A stretch of 64,000 nt of DNA from NCBI GenBank assembly GCA_026023565.1, contig JAPETS010000014.1, positions 62,001 to 126,000 on the forward strand. Reading direction: 5' to 3'. The position numbers and the translations under genes are program-made. The number at the start of each line of letters is the position of its first letter. The first letter of the stretch is position 1. Below are positions 1-12,716 of this stretch, in pieces. The notes under the pieces are model-generated. The model saw only the letters and a program-made list of their open reading frames with translations. It had not been told where the DNA came from and did not search any database. The DNA is from Cirrosporium novae-zelandiae. Its lineage: Eukaryota.

Positions 1-1
1 T

Positions 2-226
2 ATCCGCTCCGGATTTCCCGCCCTGCATCGGTGGCTGCGCATGTGCTACTGGGATCTCGAGGCCTTCAGTGGGACTACCCAGTTCGAACATATCAAGAAA
101 CACTATACCAAGAGCCACAAGCAGATTAATCAGTTCTCGATTACTCCCGTGGGACCGTTGCCGAATATTATGGGTAAGGATGAGGAGGTTATGGCGGCTA
201 AGGCTATGCAGCATCATCATCTGTAA
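2..226 (+). CDS. ECM4: Omega-class glutathione transferase / glutathionyl-hydroquinone reductase, 3' end only (gene starts before the window)
   Basis: Frame from nt 2 reads IRSGFPALHRWLRMCYWDLEAFSGTTQFEHIKKHYTKSHKQINQFSITPVGP, the typical C-terminus of Ecm4/Gto/YqjG proteins; TAA at 224-226. Confidence 0.85.
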   Translation: MRSGFPALHRWLRMCYWDLEAFSGTTQFEHIKKHYTKSHKQINQFSITPVGPLPNIMGKDEEVMAAKAMQHHHL

Positions 227-1239
227 GGGGTGGGAGAGTGGGGGGGGTGTAGGTGTAATGTGGATTAATTAACTTTTATCCTTTTTTTTCTTGTTAGGAT
301 TATTAACCTCTTACCTAGGTGAGGTAAGGCCTTGAAGAAACCATTCAGAAAGCCAAAAAGCGAGTTAGTTAGTATATGTATGTATATACCTCTCTATATC
401 TATATCTACCTGTCTATCTATATATGATGAAGTCGCCTCAGCAAAACAATCATCCATTTAGCTACTACACTCTCTTAACAACCAACAACCAACAATGAAT
501 AAATAACCCACACACACATAACATCCCCCCCAAAAGAAAACATACCCTCAGCCTCTCCTACTCTACCAAAGCACCCATGAATAACCCCCCCCCCCTTTCC
601 CCATTCCCCCCATAACACCAACCGGTATATCCTCAATCCTCAAATCCTAAACTATCCATCCATTTCATAGGATACCTACCTATCAAGAGGATAGTGGGGA
701 TGGTGTGATGGTGGGTATTGTACTAATCTAATCTAATTAAATCAATCAATCAATCAACTAAGATCCCCCCTATTCCTATCCCTATCCTAATCCCTTCCTT
801 TCATTTTAGAAAATCCATCTTATTCAATACCTATTCCTATTCCCTACCTTTCTCCTCATTAAAAAAAAAAAAAAACGGACCAAGACCCAAACCTCAAAGA
901 TAAGAAAACAAGTAATTAATAATAATTCTAGGGAAGAAGAAGAAGAAGAAGAAGCCCCTTCAAGGCTCATTTTATATTATTGTTGTTGGAAAACTACTTT
1001 GATGATTTTTTTTTTTTTTTTTAAAAAAAAAGGGGGGGGGGGGGGTTCTTAGGCTTAGAGCAGTGTATATACTTCTGGGGTTTGGTCGGTTTTTTTTATT
1101 TTTTTATTTTTATTTGGAGAAAGTATCCTATTCTTTCTTTCTTTTTTTCCTTAGCCCTTCTCCAATACTATACCTACCTGGGTACCTACTATCGAAAAAC
1201 AAACTGAGAACTGAGGACTGAGGATTTGCGGGGTGGGTG

Positions 1240-1410
1240 GTAGTGGTGGTTTGTGATGGTGATCGTAGCAGTTGTGATTGTAGTAGTAGTGATTGTAGTA
1301 GTAGTGATTGTAGTAGTTGTGATTGTAATAATAGTGATGGTGGTGGTGGTTGTCGTAGCGATTGTAATAATAGTGATTGTGGTGGTGATTGTGGTGGTGA
1401 TTGTGATGGT
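1240..1410. repeat. Low-complexity GTA/GTG/GATT minisatellite (unit about GTAGTAGTAGTGATT)
   Basis: Directly visible tandem gtagtagtagtgatt and gtggtggtgatt units. Confidence 0.8.
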
Positions 1411-2014
1411 AAATAAGAAAGGAGCATATAAGAAGAAGTATCTATCTATCTAAAAAAAAAGGAAAGAAAATAAATACACACATGAAATAAAGAAAGATAA
1501 ATAAATATCTACATAGGTATAATGTGAATCCATATATATATGTATATATGCCCCCCCCCCCCCAACACTCAATCTTCTATCCCAATTCTCACACCTCCTA
1601 TGAATATTCTAGACACTACTAGCAGCAATCAGCAGCAATCAGCAGCAACCAGCAGAAATTTCTAAACCTAACTAGCTTTATTTTGTTTTTGCTTTAGTTT
1701 TGTTAACCTGAAGGTTTTGTGTTGGTGTTGTTGATGTATAGTGTTGTAGTCGTAGGCTATTGAGAAATCAATATTTATTTGAGTCACGGTTCCTTCCGCA
1801 CTCACTCATACTCTCACACCCTCATACTCTTCCCTCCAAGTGCTTTCCCTCTCTTCTTCTATTTGCTTGCGGGTTCATCGACCGGAGTGGTGTCGTTTCA
1901 ACATACGCAGACACACAACACACACAGACGCGAGAACAGGCGCACACATACACACAAGTACAAACATACACACAAATACACTCTCACTTACTCACTCACT
2001 CGCATCCACCAAAT

Positions 2015-3614
2015 ATGTCTTCCTTACCTCAACCTACCCCTTCTTCACCCCAAAACACATACATATGGAAAGGTCTCCTCCAAGCCTTCAAAGATCTCCA
2101 CCTCACCCACAACCAAAACGCCTCCGCCCGCCAAGAAGACCTCAACTCCCTTCCAAAACAATTCCAAACCGAGGATTACTTTAGGGAGGCTTGGAGGTTT
2201 AATCGGTGGGCTCGTCAGAGGGGGGAGGAGATGCTGTTGGAGGAGTTTAGGGAGCTTTGTCGGGTTGCGGAGGTTTAGGGGGGGGAAAGGGGAGACGGGA
2301 AGGGGGAGTGGTGATGATGATAGTAAAAAGGGGAAGAGGACGATAGGTGAGTTTTTCTTTTAGTTTTTGGGAGATGGGTGTTTTTAGTGAAAGATGTAAT
2401 GATGATGATGATGATGATGCTAACTTTAAGATTGTTTTCTTTTTCGTCTAAGATCCTCTTGATGAAAAACAGAAGAAGGATTTTGAAAAGAAAGACCGGA
2501 ATAATCTTATTCGGATGATGTATGTCCATCGATATGCGGGGGGTGTGACCAAGGATTCTCCAGACGATTCCGCGAATGCATATGGAGCTATGTGTTTAGT
2601 CAAAAACTATGCAGGTAAGCTTTTTTTGTTTTCGTTTGTTGAAGGAAATTTGTGTGCTAACGGTGTTTGGGTGTAGAGAAACACGGTCTAGATAGCCTGT
2701 TTGATGTCTTGTCGCATTTTGACCCGGATATAAAGAATATGCTTCTACTCGAGAGTATCGAGATGGTTCTTCGTCCACCGCCACCACCCCCCTTTCCATC
2801 TCATATACCATCAGGCCCTCCTGTAAATGGTCAAGGCTTCAGATTAGGCCCGTCTGGATTGCATAAAGAAATGCATGATGCTGCAACCACTTCTAACCTA
2901 GGTCTAACTGGTATGCCCGATGACAAAAACGCGAGCGCTGATGCGTCCGTTGGAGGTTCCACCAATTCTCGTGTAGCCAAACTCCTCAGCCTAGCCCGTA
3001 CACATCCAGATATTGTCTCTTCCATAAAGAATATACTTTCACCGGAAGTACCTCACGGCTCATCTCCGCCCACTACAGCATCTGCTCATGACGGCAACTC
3101 AACCTCAACTTCGGCTCCTCAGTATACCGTACCTGTTGCACCTATGTTTGTTCCGAGAACATCGACCCCGTTCACCCCAGCTAGCTTTGGCTCAAATATC
3201 AACTCTATATCCATCCCAACTGGGTCCAAGGCAGCGTCTCCACAAACCTGTCCGAGCGAGAGCCAGGAAGCGGCGATTATTTCCAAGTTTATCTCTAGCA
3301 AAGATCAGAATAGAGCCACACCTCCTACCCAAGCAAGAGCTCCCAACAACCCACCTCACCATAGCTGTGGACCCATGTGTCAGCATATTCCTCCTTCCTC
3401 GGGTTTCCAAAGCCTGCTAGACCGTCGTGGGCTTGACAATGACTGGATTTTAGCGTCACTAGCAACACTATCACCTTTCGAGCAGAGACCTGTTGGGGCA
3501 ACAAGTATCCCTACGGAGTTCAATTTTGCAAGGTGGTTGACCCAGCCATTTTCTACTTACTCCAGTAGCCCGAAGAGTGCGATAAGTGATTCAGAGCTGA
3601 AGAAGACAAGCTGA
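2015..3614 (+). CDS. Hypothetical Ser/Pro-rich protein, multi-exon, with an apparent +1 frameshift at ~2276
   Basis: ATG 2015; introns 2347-2452 (GTGAGT..GCTAAC..TAAG) and 2615-2676 (GTAAGC..GCTAAC..GTAG) join GKRTI|DPLDEKQKK..KNYA|EKHGLD in phase with the 315-aa ORF that ends at 3614. The ATG-bearing frame stops at TAG 2276-2278, one base out of phase. Confidence 0.5.
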
Positions 3615-3956
3615 ATGAGACTCGAGATGGTGCGTTGTGGGCCGACTCCTGCGGGGCTGGACTGTATTGGAAAGTCGGGTTATGGAGTTTCGCTCTTGGG
3701 ATGGAAGTCCGTAGCAGACTCCCCTGTTGGGTTGTGCACATGCGGAGTGATTGACTAAGGGGGCGCATAAGGATTGTATATCGTACTCGTGTTCTCGATG
3801 GCAGTGCTTCTGGTGTGTGGGTGCGTTCAGTTCTTGTTGATAGCGAAGGATGTACATTAGGGGTCTCTTTTGTCATGCTTGTCTAATGGGGAATACTGCC
3901 CTTTGTTATTTGAAATGGCCCGAGGAAGGGTCGCATGTTTAAAGGTGCAGTCGCTT

Positions 3957-4150
3957 AAAAATGAAAGCGACTAAATCTAGAAAAAACGACTTTGGGAAGG
4001 CCTTCAAGTAAAATCAATTTTTAATAAAACTTCGATTCGAGGGCCTCCCCAAAGTCTAAAGGGAAAAAATCAGTTGCGGAGATATGAAAACTGATTTTGT
4101 TTGAAGGCCTTCCCAAGGCCATGTTTCCGGGTCTGGTCATTTTCATTTTC
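3957..4150. mobile_element. MITE-like element, family A copy 1 (imperfect ~65-bp terminal inverted repeats)
   Basis: gggaaggccttcaagtaaaatcaatttt (~3994) is the near reverse complement of aaaactgattttgtttgaaggccttccc (~4087); similarity extends outward to aaaatgaaagcgact / ggtcattttcatttt; a related copy lies at ~12503-12716. Confidence 0.65.
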
Positions 4151-7100
4151 ATTTTTATCAAAAGGTATAATGCACCATCAAGCATGCGAACCACCCTCAG
4201 CCTGTTCCTGAACACGCTGCAGAAGTCAGGAGTCCGTTGTGGTCCTGCAGTATCTGGCAGTGAGTTGGGAGCAAATCATTCCGTCTATGTACCTTAATGA
4301 AGTAGCTGTCAATTAAAATCAGTAAACCCCAGTGTTCTTTACTGGCTTTGTTTCATGCCTTGGTCATATATAAATACGAAGAGGGTCCAGCCATTGAAAG
4401 TCTGCGAATAGAACAAGTGAGACCACAATACTAAATAGTTATTCAAATACAGAAAGCACCCCTAGCAGAAGTAGGTCTAAAATGAAAATGAATTTTGGAT
4501 CGAAATTGATATGCGTGCGCGTAGGATAATGAGGACATACATCTTAGCAAAATTGATATTTCATTTAGGGCTTTAACAATAATGTTGACTGTATACACCT
4601 ACCTCATTTGTATTCCACTAAAATGTAAGTGATGGATTTGGATATCAGCACTCAAACATAATATCAATCATATGGGCTTTCGAAGACGAATACACTCTTG
4701 TAGCTCTCCGATGTCTAATCATGTTCTAGGCTTAACAAAACATGTCAGAGCCATGGAAAGAAAGCTGCTCTCCTTCCTAGTAGCACCTCGTATTCAGGAG
4801 CAAAGGAATTGGACCTAAGGGCTACTTACCTTACCGATTCTGTAAAAATCATCCCATCGACTTTCATGTTTATCATCACGAGGGTGGGTTATTCTTGAAG
4901 TCCTTGAATGTATACCTATATCTTACCTTGGTCTAAGTAGATGTAGTACACACCCGTGTGAAACTTGGATGTTTGTATCAAGATCTGTATAGTCCATATG
5001 TTAGTTTGCTAGGCCAAGGAAAAGATCGAACAATAAGGAGAACGAAGACCTCCGATGAGAAAAAGAAAAAATGACAGAAGCAGCCGGCGTACGAACAATT
5101 TGGAATTAGTGACCAATAACCAAGTCTAAGAGACGATCATAAACCGGAGTTCGGGTGGAATTCTTTGATAATCTTTCCCCCCTGTAGCTCGTATTGTATT
5201 GCATTGATAATGCCAACAATAAGGTCAGAAGTAAACTTCTTGGTTAGAAAGAAACTAATAACTTAAAAGTTCCTAACGTCCATTAAACCCTTGGCTTTTA
5301 TCTGAATGTTACCATGGTGTTTTTTCCAAGAGTCTCCCAATTGTTTTAATCCCATTTCCTGCTGTTCTTTTCTTGGCCCGTGTTAACTACATTGGTAAAT
5401 TCGAATAGAAATCTTGGCGTTTCACTGGGCTAAGAAAATATTAAACATAACATATAATATGCCTAGAAAAATGACCCACAAGACATAGAGTGTGTAAGCT
5501 TTTTGGTCTCTTTTTAAAGAAGTTTGCAGCTTTTGATAAAGAAGTAGAGACAATCAACCGAGGTGGCGTCCAGGGAACAAGAGTTTTGTTCCTGGAGTGC
5601 CACATGTGCCACTTCCGAGTAAGATTCCTCGCTTTTGCATGCCAGCTTTTTGGGGTGTTATACCTCCTATTATATACATACATGTATACATGCATGCTTA
5701 GCATTGATGTCGACAGAAAACGTTAATTATGCTAATCTTAATCATGTTAACGATCTTCGGTTTTTTCTCTCGTGGTCTCTTGCCAAGCAATGCATGCAGT
5801 TCACTTTTCGAGGGTTCCCGAGAATGCTTGGCAGCAATTGCATAAAAGGAATTGATATGAAATTTCAATTTGGAAGATCAGAGCTATCATCTCTCTGTAT
5901 AAGTTAGAAGTACCTAGGTAATAGTGAACAAACTAAAAGAAATTCGAGAAGATGGAAATTGTCAGAAAGTTTCCAAGGCGAGAAGAGGTAATTGGACCCT
6001 GAACTCCTGAGGTTAAAAGAGACTTCCGCGAAGATCCAAACTTACTTGGCACAGTTGAATTTGGCGGCTCAAGCCCCAACTTGGCGTGCCTGGGTACAAT
6101 CAAGCCCCATTCAAAAAGCTATTCAAAGCCCATTCAAGCCCATTCAAGCCCCATTTGGCCATGTCCAAAGATAGATCCTTGTTATAGCGAAACCACCAGC
6201 GTTTCACTTGTTTTTGGCAGCGACCTTGTCACCTGGTTGTTGACTAAGAAGTTAAGAAGTCCTGATCGGATCTGGCGGTCACTTCAACTGGTCACCAAAG
6301 AAGGCTTCGTTTACAGACATCGTAACTATTAACTTATTTCTATGTAAAGCTGTTGATGAAACCTTGAGAGAGGGGCGCATTATTGAGAGAGTATCGGAAT
6401 ATCGGATATGGCATTACTTTCAAACATGTCAAAATAATGCCATGAGTCCATGACATTGAGTTAAGTAATAGTATCTTTCTTCTTCTTCGTTGTTGTAGTT
6501 GCTTACGGATCAATTTTGATGCAAAAGTGTAACGGTAGAGTGGTTTCATGCCCATGGCCCATAGCCACAACTCCTGGTACCTGCGTCAATCCGCTGGCCC
6601 ATCAGTCCATCAAAGGGCCCTCTCTTGTCCCTGGCCCACACACTTCCCACACTTCCCACACTTCCCAAGTTCTTCTCAAACTTTACATCAGATTGAAGCC
6701 AAGTCTTGCGCCTCTTGCCCATAGAATCCAACAATCCAGGGTTATTATTCGTCATTGGTACGCCTCTCCCGACTTATCCTTGGCTGTCCCTGGGCTACTT
6801 GGCTATCGCATCGTGTTTCGCTGGGAGCTAATCTTTCTCTGACGATGCTGCTTGATCCACAATGTTAGCCGTCAAGTGCGACGGACAGGGTGACAAAAGG
6901 GTGACGAGCACAATACCGTTCTGCAGTCAGCCATGTTCTGATAGTAGATGGGATGAACCAGGTCAACTGGTCAAGACCAAAAGATGATGATATATCTGAG
7001 TTTGATAGTGGGGGATAAGTAAATGGAGACCAGTTATAGACCAGTCATCTTGTACAAGTTACTACATCCAATGCTTCAAAGCTTGGCAGATGCTGTGTCA

Positions 7101-7687
7101 AATAACCCTTCTCCTACTTTTCTACCTATCAATGTATTCTGGCCATTAAGAGCTACACACACACAAAAAACAAAGCAAAGTACGTAAAGGTTACAAAAAA
7201 GTCTATGGGGCGGATTTACTGGTTTTTTGAAGGGGGGGAGGGGGGGGGCAAGCATCGGGAGGCTTGCGGTAGTGATATGATGCATTGACCCAAACAGCAT
7301 TCAATCCCGAACGCGTGTGCGTCTTGGACTTTCTTGGGCTTCCTTGGGTTGTCGACTATACTCCTTATTGTTCCTAAACCCCAGATCTCATACATTCATT
7401 AATTCTCCATTGTTTCCTATCTCAATAGCTTATTGATTTTTCTGTCTTCATTTTTTTTTATCTACTACTACTACTACAAACAACTGTCATTGCTCACTTA
7501 ATTTTTATTCTCTCATTGAATAAGTACTTCTGCATTCCTTTTACTCCAGTAGTACCTCAACACAACAACAACTAGTCGACAACATCATCAGGCCCTTTTT
7601 TCTTCTTTCATCCCGGCCACTTGACGTGGCTTTGGAGACCTTACCGTCTTTTAAGATATCCCTGCCGGCAGGACTTCAACCTTCAAA

Positions 7688-9228
7688 ATGGCCTCTCGAC
7701 TTTTTATCTTCGTCGTCGTCGCTCTTTACCTCACTACCGTCATTGCCCACCCGGTACAACACAAAAAACGCTCATTCAAAGTACCCATCAAGAGAAGCAT
7801 CTCTAAGCGCAATGGACTGGCTGCAATTCGCAGCGCTTACACGAAGCATGGAATTCCCATTCCTGAAGCTTGGACAAGCTTTATTACCTCTGTTGATAGT
7901 GACCACACTACCACCACCAGCACCGATACTGCTGATAACTCCACCGAAAATGGAGATGTTTCTGCTACTGCCAGTGACAATGCTGCCGAGTTTATCTCTC
8001 CAGTCACCATCGGAGGTCAAACACTAAACTTGGACTTTGACACTGGCTCTTCTGATCTGTAAGTACATATCTGCAATTCTCGTCAATGTCTTCGGAACCA
8101 TAGCATTGGAATGTTCTATACTGCATTGTGTAAGGGCAAGGGGAAAAGTGCCATAAGTTTCAAGCTATAAGAGGCTGAATTGGCTGTTATGAAATGTTGC
8201 TGCATAGAAAGTGGCATGCAGGTTTGAATGGCAGGACGGGGAAGGTTTAAGCTGTAAATTATGAGGGATCAAAATGCTTCAGGGGCACTGGTTAAAAAAG
8301 AACATTCCAATGCTATGTTATCTGAGTTTGTGAGTCAACGCTAACATTTCATAGATGGGTTTTCAGTACCCTCCTAGCCAACGGGACAGAAGGCCATACC
8401 CTGTATAACCCTAATAATTCTACCACATACAAGAGAATTTCAGGCGCAACTTTTGATATTTCTTATGGCGATGGTTCAGGCGCTGCTGGAATTGTCGGTA
8501 CTGATGTAGTTGACATTGGTGGCTCAACGGTTGACAAACAGGCCGTCGAGCTCGCCACCACAGTCTCTGGTTCCTTCGCAACTGACACTGCCAATAATGG
8601 TCTTGTTGGTCTCGGCTTCTCTAGTATTAACACCGTCTCCCCAACCCAACAAAAGACCTTTTTCGAAAATGTAATGGATGATCTTAGTGAGCCTCTATTT
8701 ACTGCAGACCTCCACGAATCTGGTGGAACTTATGAATTCGGAACCATTGACACCACCAAGTTCAGCGGAAACCTAAGCTACATTCCCATTGACAGCTCTG
8801 ATGGTTTCTGGCAATTCACCAGCACCCGTTTCTCCGTTGGCACTGGCTCCGCACAAAAGAACAGTATTGGTTCTCCTGCCATTGCAGACACTGGCACCTC
8901 TCTTATCCTTGTTGATACCAATGTTGCAACCGCCTATTATGAGCAAGTTACTGATGCAGAAGATTCTGATGCTGCCGGTGGATTTATCTTTCCCTGTGAT
9001 GCCGACCTTCCATCTTTCAATGTAGGCATCGGAGACTCTTATATGGCCAAAGTTTCGGGAGATCTGATCAACTTTGCTGAGGTTGGATCAGGATACTGCT
9101 TTGGTGGAGTTCAAAGCAATTCAGGAGCTGACATTCAAATCTACGGTGATGTCTTTTTCAGATCTCAATTTGTGGTTTTCGATGGTGGCAACAATCGCTT
9201 GGGTGTTGCAAAGAGCACCACTACCTAA
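7688..9228 (+). CDS. Secreted aspartic protease, peptidase family A1 (aspergillopepsin/penicillopepsin-like)
   Basis: Signal peptide MASRLFIFVVVALYLTTVIA, catalytic motifs DFDTGSSDLWV (across intron 8059-8354) and IADTGTSL, plus SYGDGS and IYGDVFFRSQFVVFD. Confidence 0.95.
8101..8315. mobile_element. MITE-like insertion (family B) inside the protease intron, TA-flanked 15-bp perfect TIRs
   Basis: TA-GCATTGGAATGTTCT (8101-8117) ... AGAACATTCCAATGC-TA (8299-8315); removing the element would shrink the 296-nt intron to ~83 nt. Confidence 0.65.
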
Positions 9229-9923
9229 GCTAGAGCTATGTTAGGTCATTAGATCTCAAAAAAAAGTCTGCTATCCGCGGTTCTAGCGTGATTTCCTGCG
9301 TGCCTGTCCTTAGAGAAGCTGGTGGGTGGATGTAATTATTTTGATCGCGAATGAGTGTAAGGCAGGGAAGTGAAATCAGAGTAGAGCAGATCTAGCGGAA
9401 TTTTCCTTTACGCTTTAGAACTCTTTAGATACCATAAATGCATTGCAATTGAGCCGTGGCAATGATACTGTTTTTGATTCCGTATGGATTTATATACTAT
9501 GACGAGATATAGGTGGAGTTTGAATATCGCGTTCCTCGGGTAGATTTTGTAATTGGCCGGGCTATCAGGGACCGCCGGCGACGTCGAACCCAAAGCTTGG
9601 CAGAACCTCTCAGGCCAGCGACGCGCATGCATTCCCCATTCCCTTGCAGACCAAGATCTCTAGCACATCAACTTTATCCCCTTAAAGTTGCTACTGGGGG
9701 CAGCTTCCTCTCAGCGGCCCAAATACAAAATGGCATGAAACACAACTTTCTGTGGCTGGATCTACCTCGTTTATACCATTGGAGCCGCCACCATCAGCAA
9801 GATCGGCCCTCAAACTGATCACCCACAAGACAATATCCAAACATCAATTCAACAGCACGTCTAATTTTCCATTACCAACATTCCGAAAGATGACCAAAGC
9901 CCATACATTGATCTCCTTTCACC

Positions 9924-11766
9924 ATGTCGGACTTATCCAACGCATCAGTTAGCAAGCAGAGGGTTCAAGGATCACCTCTCGAGGATTCCAGTTTCGACTC
10001 AGCAGATTTCGTCCACTCCGACAGCGCGAGCACTTCCCCCGAAATAATTGATGAAGAAGAGTTCCATCCCAATCCAGTGGCTGTTGAAGATGACAACGAG
10101 GGTTATGAAATGAGAGAGATCTCAGGCAGTTCCAAAAAGGGATATTATGGCTTAGATGGTAGTGACAGTGACAGTGACGACGAGGATGAGACGGATGAGC
10201 ATGAGCCTATAAAACGGAGGAGGACAGGATCAAGTGCCCAGAGCTTTGAACTCTATACTCCAGACGAGGAGAGAGCGGTAGTGAGGAAATTTGATACACG
10301 GCTGGTGCTGTTTATGGCATTCCTGTATATGCTAAGCTTTCTCGATAGATCTAGTAAGTATACTACCTCTTAATTTCTTTGCATGATGGGAGGACTAAGG
10401 ATTGGAGACATTGGAAATGCTAGATTAGCTGGCCTCCAAAACGACCTCCAAATGACGACTTCACAATTCGAGTGGATACTTTCCGCGTTCTATATCACAT
10501 ACGTCATCTTCGAATGGATGACACTCCTCTACAGCCTCGTCCCTCCTCACATTTACATATCTATCTGTGTCTTATCGTGGGGTCTTATTGCTTCTCTCCA
10601 AGCAGTGGCTACTTCCTTCGGCCCCATCGTTTTTCTCCGCGCTCTCCTTGGTATCAGCGAAGCCGCCTTCGGCCCCGGTGTTCCTTTTTACCTATCCTTC
10701 TTCTTCAGGCGCGACGAGCTTGCGCTTCGGACCGGTCTCTTCATTTCTGCTGCTCCTCTGGCATCCTCGTTTGCAGGAGTCTTGGCGTGGGTCATAACGA
10801 AATTGAGTTTCCAGGGTCCAATCGCACCATGGAGGGTGTTATTTCTAGTGGAAGGGTTTCCGAGTGTGCTTGTTGCTGTCTGGGCTTGGAAGATACTCCC
10901 TGATCGGCCAGAAAAGGCAAAGTACTTAACTTCGAGAGAAAGCAGAGTAGCAAGATTGAGATTAAGACGCGAAAATGGTGAGCGAAAGGACATTCGCGCG
11001 CGAAGGGAATCTTCCTGGAGGGAAATCAAGAAAACCTTGCTTGACCCAAAATGCTATTTTACAGCGGTATGTCTTTCGTTGCATCTTTTCAAGGTCCTAG
11101 GAGTAGCTAACAAGTACATAGATGATGTTTTTCTGCTCCAACGTCGCTTTCTCCTCGATGCCAGTCTTCCTCCCCACCATTATTAGCGAGTACGTACCCC
11201 ACCCATCCCTCATGATGAAGTATGACCTAATTATTTCCAGAATGGGCTATTCCCGCCTCCTCGCCCAACTCCTCTCTGCCCCTCCTTACCTTTTCTCCTT
11301 TATTGCAGTCATTACAACTTCCTATCTCTCCGACCGCTACAAATCCCGCACTCCCTATGTCGTATTCCACGCTCTTGTATCTTCGGTTGCCTACACGTTC
11401 CTTGCATTAGGCCACACCCTCTCTATTCCTCCTACCGCTCGCTACATCCTTTTGTACCCTGCGGCAGCAGGGTTCTTCTGCGCCGTCACCATTATAATCA
11501 CTTGGACGGTAAATAACCAACAAAGCGAAACCGGGAGGGGAACCGGAGTTGCAATATTAAATATAGTAGGACAATGTGGACCGTTAGTTGGAACAAGGCT
11601 CTTTCCAGAGGAAGAGGGCCCTGGGTATCCGAGGGGCATGGCAGGCTGTGCGATATCTATGTTCATAGTAGGTGTTTTAGCTTTTGGATTAAGAATCTGG
11701 TTAAGACGAGAGAACCGGAATATTATGTTGGGAACAGAGGGGAAAGGATTTAGGTATATGCTTTAA
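9924..11766 (+). CDS. MFS transporter, anion:cation symporter (Dal5/Tna1, allantoate/nicotinate permease-like) family
   Basis: Motifs VVRKFDTRL, SFLDRS|NIGNA, LRALLGISEA, WRVLFLVEG, GQCGPLVG; introns 10354-10407, 11067-11121, 11190-11240; acidic N-terminal tail. Confidence 0.92.
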
Positions 11767-12502
11767 CATCGAGGAGCTATGGGTCTATATATCCAAGATT
11801 TATATATAAGGTAGGTACATATAATATAGATGATATGATACCCCAGGGCTAGATCATGCAGAGTGTACGATTAAAGATACAGCAACGGCTGTATCAAGCA
11901 CTAATAAATAGCAAGTCACTCACTTCAAATGCCTATTTATTCCATATATATACTGTACGTGTCTAGCCATCCGTTAGCAGATTCACATAGCTACATTGAG
12001 CCAGCTAATCTTTCTTGTCTCTCCGATCGTCGCGAAGGTGACATACCTCCCCAAACCCCAACTTTCTATATCCGTGCGTCCTTTTCCATCGTCTGCAACC
12101 CCCGCAACATAATATCCTTACTCCTTGGCTCTCTCTAACGCACAGTCAATCATCATGGTTCTCAACCCCCATAGGTGCCCGCGATACCATCACCCAATTA
12201 AACGCCAGCGATTTTTATAGGGATGGATTATCTCCTAAATGCACCTGCAGCTCTGCTAGAGCAGGCACATTTGTTTTGATAACCTCGTTGAGTATCACAG
12301 CCGTTCAAATTGTGACATAGTTGAACTGAGCCCTCGCTGTGGTCTAGAACATCAGACAGCGGAATTCTTGGTCAAGTGCTGAGGAAGGCCATATGTACCA
12401 GCTTGCGGTTCTTCGCTCTTGATTCGCTAAAGTTTCCTTTCTAACAGATAGGGGCCAACATGAAAAATAGTAGCTTCCATGCCCTAACTACTTACTTTCG
12501 AG

Positions 12503-12716
12503 AAATAAAAGCGACTAGACCCGAAAAACGAACTCAGAAAAGCGGCCTTAGGGAAGTTCTCAAACAAAATCTATTTTTATATATCCACAATTAATTTTTG
12601 TCCTCTGGGTTTTGAGGAGGTACACAAATTAAATTGTTATTGAAAACTGATTTTCTTTCAAGGCCTTCCCAGGATCCCTTTTCTAGTTCCACTTGTAGGG
12701 CTGGTTGCTTTCATCT
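12503..12716. mobile_element. MITE-like element, family A copy 2 (inverted relative to copy 1, more degenerate)
   Basis: aaagcgactagacc..gggaagttctcaaacaaaatctatttt..aaaactgattttctttcaaggccttccc..ggttgctttcat; the core matches the reverse complement of the copy 1 core (atctccgcaactgatttt vs atatccacaattaatttt). Confidence 0.6.

Noticed and set aside
1128..1453. ORFs encoding poly-Val/Ile (+) and QSLLL repeats (-)
   Set aside because: By-products of a simple repeat in AT-rich, homopolymer-laden DNA; no splice or homology support.
4300..7300. Short ORFs in the long spacer upstream of the protease
   Set aside because: No motifs, splice structure or transposase/RT signatures recognised.
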